Source of the DNA: Fimbriosthenelais zetlandica
Lineage: Eukaryota
Assembly: GCA_977030845.1 (NCBI GenBank)
Contig: OZ365109.1
Coordinates: 50,840,001 to 50,904,000 of the forward strand
DNA: 64,000 nucleotides
Direction: 5' to 3'
The position numbers and the translations under genes are program-made. The notes below the pieces were generated by a model that was not told where the DNA came from, did not search any database, and worked only from the letters and a program-made list of their open reading frames with translations. Below are positions 13,001-24,045 of the stretch, piece after piece; within the stretch, counting starts at the first letter, position 1; every line of letters starts with the position of its first letter.

Positions 13001-15357
13001 CTTTGGTCTCTAGGTCTTTACAAAGATATTCTTTGTGGTAACATAAATTCTACTCGTCTACTTTTTGCAAGGGAGAGCAGAATTGCTCGATACGTTCCAT
13101 CAGATTTTATACATTATAATATAAAGTCATGACTGAATTTATCTGAAGCTTCAATTTCTCAATTATGCCCTCAGAGAGTTTTGTGTTTTACATATAAAGT
13201 CTGACTGAAATTATCTGAGGATCCCTATTCAATTGTAACTCCAGAGAGTTCTCCCATTAATATCATCAACATTTCTCGTGATCAAGATTTAATATATAAT
13301 AGGGGCAAGAAGTATATGCCTGTAGAACTATAATGTGTGCCATGGTTTAGATAGTATCAGGGAGATATACGTTTTCCGATTTCATACACCAGAGCGCAGA
13401 GCAGGACAGAGAGGAGGACCGACATACCATGACAAATCATGATGACAGACGATACAAGGGACATCTCCCGAAATAACCAGGAACTACAAAACCTGCAGTC
13501 AACAAGCTGAAGATCAGAAGATTGATAGAGCGGGGAAATACAGGGTATACACTGAGCAGACCGTCAGACAATTGTACAACCAAAACGCTATAATGCATCG
13601 TTGTACACTGACCTTAACATTAAATTGTATCTACGGTAACTGGAGTTCATACACCAAGAGCCAATCTGTAGGACATTCGACCCAAGACTTATGTAAATGA
13701 CAGCAGCAAGAAAATAAAGAAACTGCAATGCCACTGCGGCAGTCTGCAAATGATTGGTTCTAACATGCAGGTGATTGGATGGAACAAAAGATCCAATGTA
13801 CAAAAGACTTGACCCAGATGTGAGGGTCAGAGATTCAATGTCTGAATCCAATCAGGTGTTCAAACACTCAAATGTGACCATTAAATGATAATAATTATAG
13901 GCAGTCCAGATCTGTATCCCTCTTGGGTTTTTTTCATTTTAACACCTCACATCGCATCAGGGGCGCAAAATAGATGAAACTTAACTGCAGCACATTTTGG
14001 TAATGAAACGGGCCCCGGGTTACGCTAATCTGATTCGATAAAACCGATTACTGTTCAGGCCCTTTGATGGGATGTACGTATTAAAGATTAACGTTCAACT
14101 CCCGTGTCCACATCAATCACCATTACTCATAGTCTTTTCTGACAGGTTTCAAGTTTCGCTTGCAAATCGTCGATTGTCAAATACTCAAAACACACTCGTG
14201 AGCTCATATATTTGTGACAACCCTGCCCTTTGTGCAAATATCTGTATGACAAAAATCAAATTTGTTTTACTACAGGTCAAGCGTGGATGGAGGAAATATA
14301 GGTTAAATCGGTGTATACTTTCATTAAAAAAATGAGATTTTTCAAATGAATTATACTTTGGGATGTCATCAGTGAAGTGGATAAGTATATAGGTCCATGG
14401 GGAGATGACGGTTTCTTTAGAATGAATGAAATGAGCTGTGAAAAGACATATTTCGGAAAAATTATCCAGGGATACTCTTTTGAACTTATGACAAAGATAA
14501 CTGTCTAACTGGTTTAGACATACTGAGTGGATGCAGCCATGGGAATCGTTAAAATCCAAATGATGAGCAATTTGAATCTCATTATACTAAGGTTACATAA
14601 TTGGATAGCAAAATAATGTTGAAACAATTTGAAAATTAATATTGCAAAGTTAATGCAGGGACGAAGCAAAATGTGTAGGATCATGGCCCAAGTCTCTTTT
14701 GATAACGCAAATACTAGGCTGATAGAATTCAATGTGGTTAACACAAAGTGAAATTTAGTTTAAAAATCCATAGCATGTATGACGTTGACCATCCCTGATT
14801 GCTTTTAGATTTAGTCATGTATTTCCGGAGCACTTTATAGCTGGGAGTGTGCCATGCATTATGCCATGTACATAATCCACGCTCAATGGACAACATTGCA
14901 TGCAAAGCCGAACTGTGACATTTTTCTTAATTTTTGAAATTTGAAATGACATTTGAAAATAATTATTGACAAAAGATATGGCTAAGTGACCAAAACATAC
15001 TTCTCAAATGAACACATGTGACATGCTGCCAATATTGATACAGATGCAGAGGCTGTCAAAATTTAATCAATTGCTCTGTAAATTCACAATCTACCATGTG
15101 CACCAAACAGTGCCATATTGTGGAATTGCATTCAAAATCTTCAAATAGATACAATATGCAATATCTCGGCGTATATCCCATTCCGTCTGGAGATATTTTC
15201 CAAGATGGTAGAATTTTGGATGAGCTCCACCGGCTGCATATGTTTCATATCTAATACATAAGCGGTGCATTTTTCCTTGCAAGTTGGCATCATAATTCTC
15301 CGCCAACCCACTATAAATTTGTCTTAACAACCCTATATCTTCCCCTATACTACTTAC

Positions 15358-15396
15358 CTTCTAGGAAATTTAGGAGCTTGCCAATTATAACATGAT
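15358..15396 (-). CDS. Candidate short exon (HVIIGKLLNFLE); the 5' boundary could lie further upstream
   Basis: Consensus donor AAG|GTAAGT at 15357. The frame is open back to several AG acceptors (TTCAG at 15397, or the further TACTACAG giving DYTYIDSVQDTNNWDK...). Confidence 0.3.
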
Positions 15397-15607
15397 CTGA
15401 ATTAGTCATTTTATCCCAATTATTGGTATCCTGCACACTGTCTATGTAGGTATAGTCCTGTAGTAATGTGAACATATTAGAGTCGTGCTGGTATATCAGT
15501 CCAACATTAGCTCATCACCTATAGGTGTATACTAGAGTAATCCAGCAGTTGTAGACTGGCGTGGATGAGCTAAGAGAGGGTGTCGCTATACTCTGAGACA
15601 CACCGAC

Positions 15608-15666
15608 CTAGAGTGATTGTACTCTCGAGGTCTAGGGTTTCAACTTTTGATGGACTTTTTTCATAA
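15608..15666 (-). CDS. Candidate exon (YEKSPSKVETLDLESTITL)
   Basis: Strong TTTTTTCCCCTGTTAG| acceptor and a weak G|GTCGGT donor. The frame is open and phase-compatible with its neighbours. Confidence 0.25.
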
Positions 15667-15899
15667 CTAACAGGGGAAAAAATAGCACAGGTGAAAATTG
15701 ATTTCCTCGCTGGCACTTGGCGAAATCCTTTTTCGGGATCCCTTAATTGGGATATCCCTGCTCTCATATATGCCTAACAAAGATGTTTTGTGTTATACAA
15801 CTTTTAAAAATTACTCAGTTCATTTGAGTACCTGCTCATGCAGGGACTAAAGGTTTGTGTCTTTCGAGTCCCATGCCCATTCCCAGCATTTATGTGGGC

Positions 15900-16250
15900 A
15901 AAACTCATTTCACTTCCGGACTAGGACCGTAGGAAGGAAGGTTCAGTTGAACCTTAGTTTTTACCAATTTCCCATTCGAAGAAAACAATTGTTCTCCGCG
16001 GGAAAGGGTCCTGGGTTCCCAGGATGAATGAGCGAGATGCCCCATGCGCAGTAGACTGAAGGTTGGCAGGGAGTTTAGTGAGTACTTGTGGCGGGCTGAG
16101 TGAAGTCTCGTTACTCACTCACCTCGACTCGTCCATGCAGGCCCCGGGCTTTGATTGTCTCTACATTTGTCTCTACACCTCAATGAATGGTATTGTTCAC
16201 ACGCCCAGCCTTTGATATCAACCGCAAAGGCAGCTGTCTTACGTGAATAT
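15900..16250. promoter_or_regulatory. CpG-rich promoter-like patch with ETS and NRF1-like motifs
   Basis: ACTTCCGG at 15912-15919, CATGCGCA at 16043-16050, and locally elevated CpG/GC. GTGAGT donors at 16078 (+) and 16122 (-). Confidence 0.4.
16123..16136 (-). CDS. Candidate first coding exon (MDES..)
   Basis: ATG at 16136 followed by a consensus GAG|GTGAGT donor, inside the CpG-rich patch. Confidence 0.25.
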
Positions 16251-19045
16251 AGCCTTGACAGGGGCTCTTCAAATTCATGATATTAATGGTAATTTATAAT
16301 TATTTATCTATAATAATTAGCCAGCATATACAATAATGTTCAACATTAATAGATAAATTATGACAGTTTCAGAGTCGATACCAGGACCCGTTTCATAATC
16401 CAGTGTCAATCTTGGTAGGATTCTGCTTCGTTAAAAATCTTCAATAATTAAAATTCCTGTTTTTAGTATTCAGCACTCGTATGAATAAACTTTGATATGG
16501 TATACATTTTTTTAAATATTGTATGGGAGGCATCTATGATTATTGGAGGTATGATGATTTTCCCACAGGTGTCCCGATAATTATTACATAATTAAGAGGA
16601 TGGCAAGTCTATGCAGGAAAACAATTTTGTTTTCATGGTTCAAGGTAATGGTATGATAATGTAACCAACGTCTGGGATGCGAATAGTGACACTCCTCAGG
16701 GGCCTGTTCCATAATAAATTTGAACTGCATTGCCCAATGCTATGTCTATGGGATAATATGGCGCAAATTTCCTTTTGAAATATAGGCCGAAAGTCAGGTA
16801 TATTCTTCCTTTTTAGCTGAAACAGGCTGGAAAATCGTCAAGGTGTTGTTCTGCTTTCATGATCGAAATTCTTATAATGAGTAGCGCATTTTATCTACGA
16901 CTATATCTGTGAGAGATGGCTATTATTTGTTTTAAACTGGATCCAGATTTAAAGAAAACGTTTAATTTCCCTGAAATATTGAAGTTGAGGCAAATGGGTT
17001 TGTAGTTCCCCGAAGCTGACAAATTTGGTTTTACTCTTTGAAAACCAGTCATACCAAACCATCGAATACGCCACATATTTCACCTGCAACGATGCTGGCG
17101 TGACTGAAGGAAAAAAGGCATCCAAAACATATGACAAGCTTCAATTGAATTTATGTAGCCAGAAGCTACAGTCCTTTCTACAAAACTCTTTCATCTTTGG
17201 TAATGAAAGAGGGCTTATATTAGCGGGAAATGATTGGGCTGGGGTCAGGCTTCAACTGTGTTATTTTTCCCCATTTATCATTCAACCAATATTGGTCAAA
17301 TGCTGGAAAATGCTAATTAAATGGACCCAGATTTTTTTATATTTCTTTTCCTAATCAAAATGAATTATCATAAAGATTTTGAATAGACAAAGGCCATGAC
17401 ACTGATGACACCACCGGGGGCACGTTTCATAATGAAGTGTAAAAATTGCTGGAGGTGTTCATCAATTTTCTATCCTATAAGTCTTTTACAATGTACATGA
17501 ATTATAATGCATAATGGAAGGGACTAATGTGGCCCAGCTTTTCTTTAAATGGAGTCTGTTAAATGAAGTATACATGGATATAAATTTTATTCCACTGGGG
17601 TTTCCCATATCTTACCTGATTTAATCGAGAATAACGTGATAATAAACTCAAAGAGTTTCTATACAAAAGCAAGAAATGTTCTGAAACCCCTTAATTCTGC
17701 AACAGTTACTGCCTAAATAATTTGTTTATCCCATATATTTGAGTACATGGATTGGAAAATCCTATTTGTACCAGGATTAGCCCTCACAAAGCCAGCTATA
17801 ATATTATTGTATGGACATAACACATTGCCATAAACCGAGATAATGCTATTTTTCCTTCAGGATAGAATTACATGTATACCAACATTGAGGATCTATTGCA
17901 TATGATTTCCATAAGAATGACGATCCAGGGGTGGGTATAGATATCATGAAGCTTCTCATATGTTCACTGTTTACACAACAAGATAATTAGATCTTGTGCC
18001 AGGGTATGACCTAGTCATATCACAGCCAGGTAATGTGCATTATGTTTATGGGTTTACTGATACCCTGGGAGATGATAACAGATAGCTTTGGACCCCTCAA
18101 AATATATGTATATTACTCGTATTAAGAATGTGATTATAGTATAATGATAGAACATGTATGATGTACAAATGCTAACTTTCTCTGTTGTTAAAATCCTTAT
18201 TTTGTCTAGAATTGATCAAATAGCCTAGATGCATGCGATAGTCATTTCCCTCTGCATGTAAGCGCACATTTGGCGAATCCAGAAAGGTAATATCATTTTG
18301 CATATCCCTATATCACTGTAGCATTGGGTTGCCAAAACATGACTTTTTCAATACGAACAGGCAATATACATGAGCTCACATGTTATAGACCCATCACGAT
18401 TATGTAAAAATTCCATTGTAATTATCCCAGGTCTAGCATTGGAAGCTCTAGCATCACTTTTTTTCTTTCACGATAGAATTTTAAACAATAGATATTACTT
18501 AAATGGATAGTGTTATTGCTAGGCGCACTAAGCCTAAGGATGGACTAATGTATTATGTATTGATAAATTTCAAAACTTAGGTCTCATTTTAAAAAGGCTA
18601 TATAGCTCTAATCTCTTAAGTAATTGGACTATGCTAATGCTAAAGGCAATGGTGACAACTAAACAATGGTGTAGTGTTACCCAACTACAATATAATTCAT
18701 ATTTATGAGATTGTCTACACAAGCTTTAAGCTTTACATCAGCTATTACCTTACCCACATGTCAGTTGTACATTACATGTCAGATTTCCATGTCTGCCTGC
18801 TGACATAGGCATATGGAATCCGTGGGGCCGTTTCAGAATTTATTTTTTTACTTACTATATATTTTCACAGGAGATGAAACATACATGCACATATTGTAGC
18901 AAATATGTACCATATCAATGAGTGAGTGAGGGGGCGAGTAAGTGAGTGAATAATATATTATATCTCAACATATACAGTGGGATACATGGCTCACCTTTGA
19001 TATCCCAGCTCTGGGTCGACACACACAATGGAAAATCTGTAGAAT

Positions 19046-19115
19046 TCTTGGGGAATTGAACCTTGGACCTCCCGAATTCAAGTCAACACTCTACGACCAG
19101 AGCCTTTCACCCATC
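19046..19115 (-). mobile_element. Degenerate tRNA-derived SINE head
   Basis: Box B-like GGTTCAATTCCC preceded by an anticodon-arm-like GTTGACTTGAATTCGGGAGGTCC and a weak box A. No proper acceptor stem, so not a tRNA gene. Confidence 0.5.
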
Positions 19116-21367
19116 CTTGATATCAGTTCATTGACTGTTAAGTTAATGCAGTGCACATCTTTTTTGAGGAGACAGACCCTCTGGTCAACCACTATGTCCG
19201 GTATGAGCCGGTGTTCTTCATGCACAACTACATGAAATGTCCATGACATGATTTGATCATGGACATGGGAGCTGGGATTAGGTTTTAATGGGGTCACGAA
19301 AACCTGCTGAAAGGAGGATTAGGATAATTAAAATTATCAAACCACTTATTTCATCCGACAAAATTCAGATCTCAGATAAGAGCATTAATACTCAAGGTGC
19401 CCAAATAACAATGAATTGGGATATTATAGATGTCATAATTTAGCCTATGATATCCACTTACTTTTGGTGGGATATGACCATTTGATATTAATTTTTAGAC
19501 CTGAAGCCCTTCATAAGATTCTCCTTTGTCTCCATTCCCTGGTCCAGCTTGGATTATTTCTCTTATCAGTGAATTCTTTAATTTATCATATTGTTAAGCC
19601 CATTCATAGGCTCAGACATCATTGGTATGGAACTTTGGAGCATATTGTCATACAAAATGATAAGTTTTTACAAACAGAGCTGTCTCAGACTCAGAGGAAT
19701 TATGGGGGGAATGGTCTCATCATGGGAATTATCTTCCATTCTACGTCGCTCCTGCCCACTATATACAGGCCCCATAGCAAACATAAGCCCTGCTCAGGGA
19801 ATGAAGTGCTCAGAACAGCTCCGATATATAGGACTCTCCATGGGAAGAAACAGCCTGAAGGCAGGAGTATTTTCTCTAGATAAGGCTTTATAGCCTGAAA
19901 TACTGCCGGGACATCACTATATCTTCTGCTACCTTCTCAGGGAATCAATTTTAGATTTGGAGACTAGATGCTGTTGCAAGGATCCAATTCCGGTTATTTT
20001 CATTTCTGTTTCAAATATAATTTACATAGCAGGAGCATAAAGATTGGGCATTAAGCTTAAGAGGGCTCACTTTAAAAGAAAATCGATACGCTATTTGGCC
20101 CTATTGAATATTCAATGACCTTAATGCACAATTGATTGACTATTAAATGAGACCATTAATACTTGTACTGGTAAATAATTATATCATGTGCTGAAATGAA
20201 AAGTATCCAAACCGTTTCTTAATTTTCTAATGAATTACGGTATTAAATAGACTAACTTGCATAAATGGATGCACCCTTCACTATACTTGTCACTGTAATC
20301 TTCCCAACTATTGCATTGGAAGCTCAAACATCAATCTTTTTTTTTTTACAGAATAGACATTTTGTTCAGGGTCATTATAGAATTTCAGTGACGGAAACTG
20401 AGTGGAACTTCGGATACTACTTTGCATGGAGGGAGTATAGTAGGCCTACTTGCTTATGTTGTGAACTACTGTATCAGCAATCAATGCATCCCATGACGGA
20501 ACATGAATCATAAAGTAATGGATTGCTTGTTTTGACGGAAACCTGTATACCCAGATCGATGTATCACAGGGTCCAGACAATCTGTATGTATGAGATATTG
20601 ACCTCATTCTCTATGTTTTAATGCCTCTACATGCTCATACTCACTTTGATTTCTGTTTCCCAGCAGGGTATGATTCATCCCAGGGATATAGCAATGTGGA
20701 AGTATCTGGGCAGCTGTTACACTCAAACCAAAAATGTTATCGACATTTTGAATTTTTCTTGATACATTTTATATCGGAAAATATTATTTTACTATGGTAG
20801 ACCGATTATAGGGGAGTTTCTGAAACATTTACGAAGGAAAATTGGTCCAACATTGATAGGTCGAACAGGAAATTAGGTCCAACACGCGTTTCAACCAATC
20901 TGAATCAAGTTAGCTGTTCCAAATATTCCAAAAATATCTCAAACGTAACGTAACAAATGTAACTCAATACTTTTGATTTGGCTAATAGCTCCAACAATGT
21001 AAGTCTGTGAATAATGTTGTTTTGACTGTACATGTATATTCCAGTATAAGATTAGGATGGAAGGTGAGAGGAGAGGATGGGGTTGGGGCTTTGGGGGGGG
21101 GGGGGCTGGGTGGCATCATGAGGTGGGGAATGGGAGGGAGGCATCTTCTATGACGCATGAAAAGGGCATGTTGCCTTCTGATATCTCCTCTATTTATAGA
21201 GATGCTGCTCCTCCTCTTTCTCCCTATCACCAGCTCCTGCTATCTCCAGAGAGGTGTGGAGATGCTGCTAGCAGCTGACTTGCAGCGCCGCTCAGCAGGC
21301 ATCTTGTAATTCCATTATTGACCTCAATCCAGACTGGATTAGTTATATTCAACCTTAACTCTGTCTA

Positions 21368-21534
21368 CATGTATAGCGAATTCATTTTCAGTAGGCCTAC
21401 ACCAGACACTATTTTTGTCAAGATTTCACCCTGATTTCCCCAGAAATTTCATGTATAGCGAATTCATTTTCAGTAGGCCTACACCAGACACTATTTTTGT
21501 CAAGATTTCACCCTGATTTCCCCAGAAATTTCAT
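21368..21534. repeat. Exact tandem duplication, 82-bp unit x2
   Basis: CATGTATAGCGAATTC...CCCCAGAAATTT is repeated identically at 21368 and 21450, followed by CAT. Confidence 0.95.
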
Positions 21535-22068
21535 TGGAATAAAGGCAGAAAATATGCTATCATTTGCTTTCTTGTGCTGAACTTTTCCCAGAACTGATTT
21601 TAACTCAATAGATAATGTACATATCTACATATCGTAAATATATAGCTCATACCATGTAAAAGTAATTGCTGGAAAATTAGTGAAGAAGTTCCTATTTTTT
21701 ACGATATTTAATAAATGTACTTTGTATTTTGTCCCTACGTGATGGACAGGTTTAACCACCCTACCAATATATTTTGTACAAAAATACATTAATCTGTTTT
21801 TCATTTACATCTCAAGCATTAACCTTCATGCCCTGGACTGACACCTGTGCATCCACTTAGCCCTCGTACTTGACATTTGACATATAGGTAAGGCGGCCAG
21901 ATATCAAGCTATATCAACCAACTAATTACATCTAGGCACAAAAATAATGCATGGGTGGAAGCAAGAAATCATGCAATTTTATCAAAGGTCTTTCTTAGAT
22001 GTCTTTGATTTGCTGATCTTTGCTTTCCTAAGTATCTTTTTTTACAAAACACAACAGTAACAACTGCC

Positions 22069-22319
22069 CAGTAGAATCTCAGATAACAACTTCACTAAAC
22101 GACCATCTCACTGTCCGACGAAATAGCCAGAAACAATTTGTTTAACCACTAAGCCATACCGGTACTTAGGAAAGAAACCACCTCACTATGTGACAACTAG
22201 ATTATCCAAACCAAACTTTTTAATAGAACTAGGACATTAACCTAGTCACTAGAGTGACAATTATCTGAAACAAACACAGTTCGGTCTCAAGGGTGGTCGT
22301 ATTATTGAAATCCCACTGT
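22069..22319. mobile_element. Degenerate CAGTRG...CACTG MITE (Tc1/pogo-like termini)
   Basis: Left end CAGTAGAATCTCAGATAAC, right end GGTCGTTATTATTGAAATCCCACTG followed by TA. Shares ACGACC/GGTCGT subterminal motifs with other copies. Confidence 0.45.
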
Positions 22320-23931
22320 ACGTATACTGTAATCTCCCTGTCTACATGTTATGTTACATATCATAACAAGAGTTATATTCTCTCGTTTGTATGAGGAGCA
22401 ATAAAAGAGACTGCCAGCAACTACTGATGAGCGTCGGCTGTACACGTGTCAGGAAAACAGATGGGCATTTTGTATGCAATGGAAAATGGCTGATTTCCTT
22501 GACAGATATTGAATGGAAAGTCTGCAAATTCACTGAAAAACATTTTAAAAGCCTAGTAATAAGCTATAAAGGAAAATATTGATGTTCCAACGTAAAATGC
22601 AAAATGTAAAAATGTCTGATTTCTTGGGAAAATATTTCAAATGAAAAGGACCATCTTTATGTTGCAATGAAAATATGTAGACTTTCATACAAAATGAAAA
22701 ACTATTAAAATGCTGGTAATATTTTAAGGGAAAGTAGTTACATGTATGTTCCAATGAAAAAATTTAGATCACCCTCAACACGCTCAAAATCAGTGTCGAA
22801 AAGTTCAAAAATGTTTGCAGAAGTTTATGGCATCCCAACTTGAGTAAGCTATGGATGCCAGGAATATTTGCTGTAATTAGTGAGACGTGCAAAGGAAACT
22901 GAGAGGAATACAGGTCCATGAATGTCAATTTCCATAGAGTCAACAGAACTCGGGTTACCAAAGCACAAGTAGGAACAGACGGAGGCAATCTGCTATCAGC
23001 TAGAACAGATTGCAGTTGCTGTAGATCATTGGCCATTATATTCAGACCATTGTACAACCAACGGGAGTCAATTGAGTTTTACTAGATGGAACTGAGTACT
23101 TGGTCAAAAAATGTATTATTTAGCCTTAGCCTTATTACTTAGCCTTGGATACAGTGATTCAAAACCTCCGGAATGGGTTCAGTGCTCGTGACTTTTTTTC
23201 GGGTCTGACAAATTGACGCAAGCTTTTATGCCCTCTGGAAACAATAAATGCCAAATTAAACATAGTTGGGACTAGAATGAGCCTAATGTATTATCATTTA
23301 AGCAACCAACTTCTTAGCCCTAAGTCCAGTAAAGCTAAACTCTGAAGTATAGGAGTAAATCTAAAGATAATCGAAATAGAATAGGAGAACTCAGTAGAAC
23401 AGTTTCTATTACCAATCTCAATGAGTGGAAAATGTAGGTGTTATTTTGACGGTGGGTGTTGTTGCCATTCCAACCAACCAGAAAGACGAGGTGAAAGTCT
23501 AAAAATAAATTTAAGAGTGGCTCCTAAGGTCAGGGGCTCACCCAGTTATTTGCTCGGTGGTCATAACACTTCTAGGCTCGGCTGCCCATAGGGAACTCTT
23601 CAACATCACATGTACTCATTCTAGAACATGTAGGTCCCATCAGATATGGACAAACAAGAATGAGTCATTATGACTGGAACTTTGCCATTATAAGACTAAT
23701 GAAGGGAAAGATAACTTGGGCGAAATAAGGGATCATTCTGTATGAAAATATGACTTTTACAGACACCTCTGTTAAAGGAACCCCTCTAATGAATCTCCAT
23801 AATATACCGTAGTGAAAATTACTATTTCCATACACTGTCACATGGAAGCTCCCGACGTGTCATACACAGGTCCTCTAATCAGGGAACTTGTCCAAACTGT
23901 GAAACAATTTACTCAGTTATAATTTCTAGAG

Positions 23932-24045
23932 GAGTCATATACAGCCCCCTCGGATTAGGTAACACCTCCATACATTGAACACAACAGTTCCATGTTCCTC
24001 AGAGTCATACAAGTCCCCTTGGATTAAGTGACACTTCCATACCGT
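23932..24045. repeat. Diverged ~70-bp direct repeat
   Basis: GAGTCATA..CCCC(T)(C/T)GGATTA(G/A)GT(A/G)ACAC(C/T)TCCATAC occurs at 23932 and 24002. Confidence 0.6.

Noticed and set aside
15040-15270. + frame ...MQYLGVYPIPSGDIFQDGRILDELHRL resembling the RTE-type RT YLG motif
   Set aside because: Only a short, gapped resemblance with no YADD core nearby, so it cannot be distinguished from chance by eye.
19046-19115. Intact tRNA gene
   Set aside because: No pairing acceptor stem and a degraded D-arm, so it is treated as a SINE head.
19416-19883. Longest ORF in the track (155 aa)
   Set aside because: His/Leu-rich composition typical of random AT-rich ORFs, with no domain and no splice support.
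21368-21534. Direct repeats considered as a CRISPR array
   Set aside because: Two adjacent 82-bp units with no spacers, no cas genes and a eukaryotic context.
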